Source: Octopus sinensis
Taxonomy: Eukaryota
Assembly: GCF_006345805.1 (NCBI RefSeq)
Contig: NC_042998.1
Coordinates: 22,692,001-22,756,000, forward strand
Direction: 5' to 3'
DNA: 64,000 nt
Shown: piece after piece, positions 63,394 to 64,000 of the stretch
How positions within the stretch are numbered: position 1 is the stretch's first letter
How the letters are laid out: each line of letters opens with the position of its first letter
Notes under the pieces: generated by a model
What the model was told of the DNA's origin: nothing
What the model saw: the letters and a program-made list of their open reading frames with translations, nothing else
Database searches by the model: none
Translations under genes and position numbers: made by a program

Positions 63394-64000
63394 ACATGAA
63401 AACTCCTGTTGGTAGTGTGGGACAGTTTGTTGACCAAAGCATAGCCAAAGTGGAGCCCATAAGCAGTATGAAACACTTGGTTGGCCATGTAGACACCACT
63501 ACAGTAGAGTCAGTTGTGAGTGGGGTGAAGTTGGTTCACCAAATAGTCCCCAAGAGAGAATCAACTTCGGCCTGTGAAGACCAGGGCTCAGAAATTCATC
63601 TTTCTTATTCACATAAAGATAACTCAAAGAATAAGAATCCAAACGCTGATTTGTTTTGTTCGGCACCAGGTTCTTTTCAACCTCCTTTCTCAAACCCTCA
63701 AACAACTGTTAAACCACATTTATCTCCAAAATCCAAATCCAGCATTTCAACACCGACATTCAATTCTAATTTAACACGGCAGCTAATTCTCCGTAGAACT
63801 GCTAGTCCCTCAATGAAGGTTTTTAGGAAAACTTTAAACAAAGCACTTAGACTTTCCTATCAAAAAGCATCCAATTTTAACATTAAGGGGTTAAGTACTG
63901 ATATGAAATCCCCGAATATAAAATTCTCGAATCCATATTTTAAACCATCAGAGTCAGTTACCACTGAAACTTCATTAACCGCAGAAAGGAACCATGACAT
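63394..64000 (+). CDS. Large coding exon of an unidentified gene; Ser/Thr/Pro/Lys-rich, probably disordered; runs off the window end
   Basis: Pyrimidine tract plus TAG acceptor (tttcttctcttatag|AC ATG AAA). The frame from 63396 has no stop for about 201 codons to 64000: MKTPVGSVGQFVDQSIAKVEPISSMKH...TETSLTAERNHD. It is absent from the ORF track because it lacks a stop. Either a phase-1 internal exon or ATG 63396 is the start. Confidence 0.75.

Overview
AT-rich, microsatellite-dense eukaryotic genomic DNA. The SINE/RTE repeat families look like those of an octopod cephalopod (Octopus); this is my recognition, not a database result. The window reads as mostly intron of a + strand gene: one large Ser/Thr/Pro-rich coding exon starts at 63394 and is still open at the window end, and a few small phase-compatible candidate exons lie upstream. 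The rest is a stack of mobile-element remains: about 15 copies of one tRNA-derived SINE plus three other SINE families, RTE and R4/Dong-type LINE fragments, a CR1-like 3' end, mariner, Tc1 and maT transposase relics, piggyBac-like (TTAA), hAT-Charlie and mariner MITEs, and Helitron-like non-autonomous elements. The most notable signal is three minimal type-I hammerhead-ribozyme folds in three unrelated repeat ends (38659, 55250, 57047), all on the + strand. Each has a palindromic stem III, and they show three different Watson-Crick pairs at core positions 3-8 (U-A, G-C, C-G). There are also several long inverted repeats, including a 192-bp arm pair with 190/192 identity. No CRISPR array, rRNA or genuine tRNA gene was seen. 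Most ORF-track entries are microsatellite or repeat artefacts.
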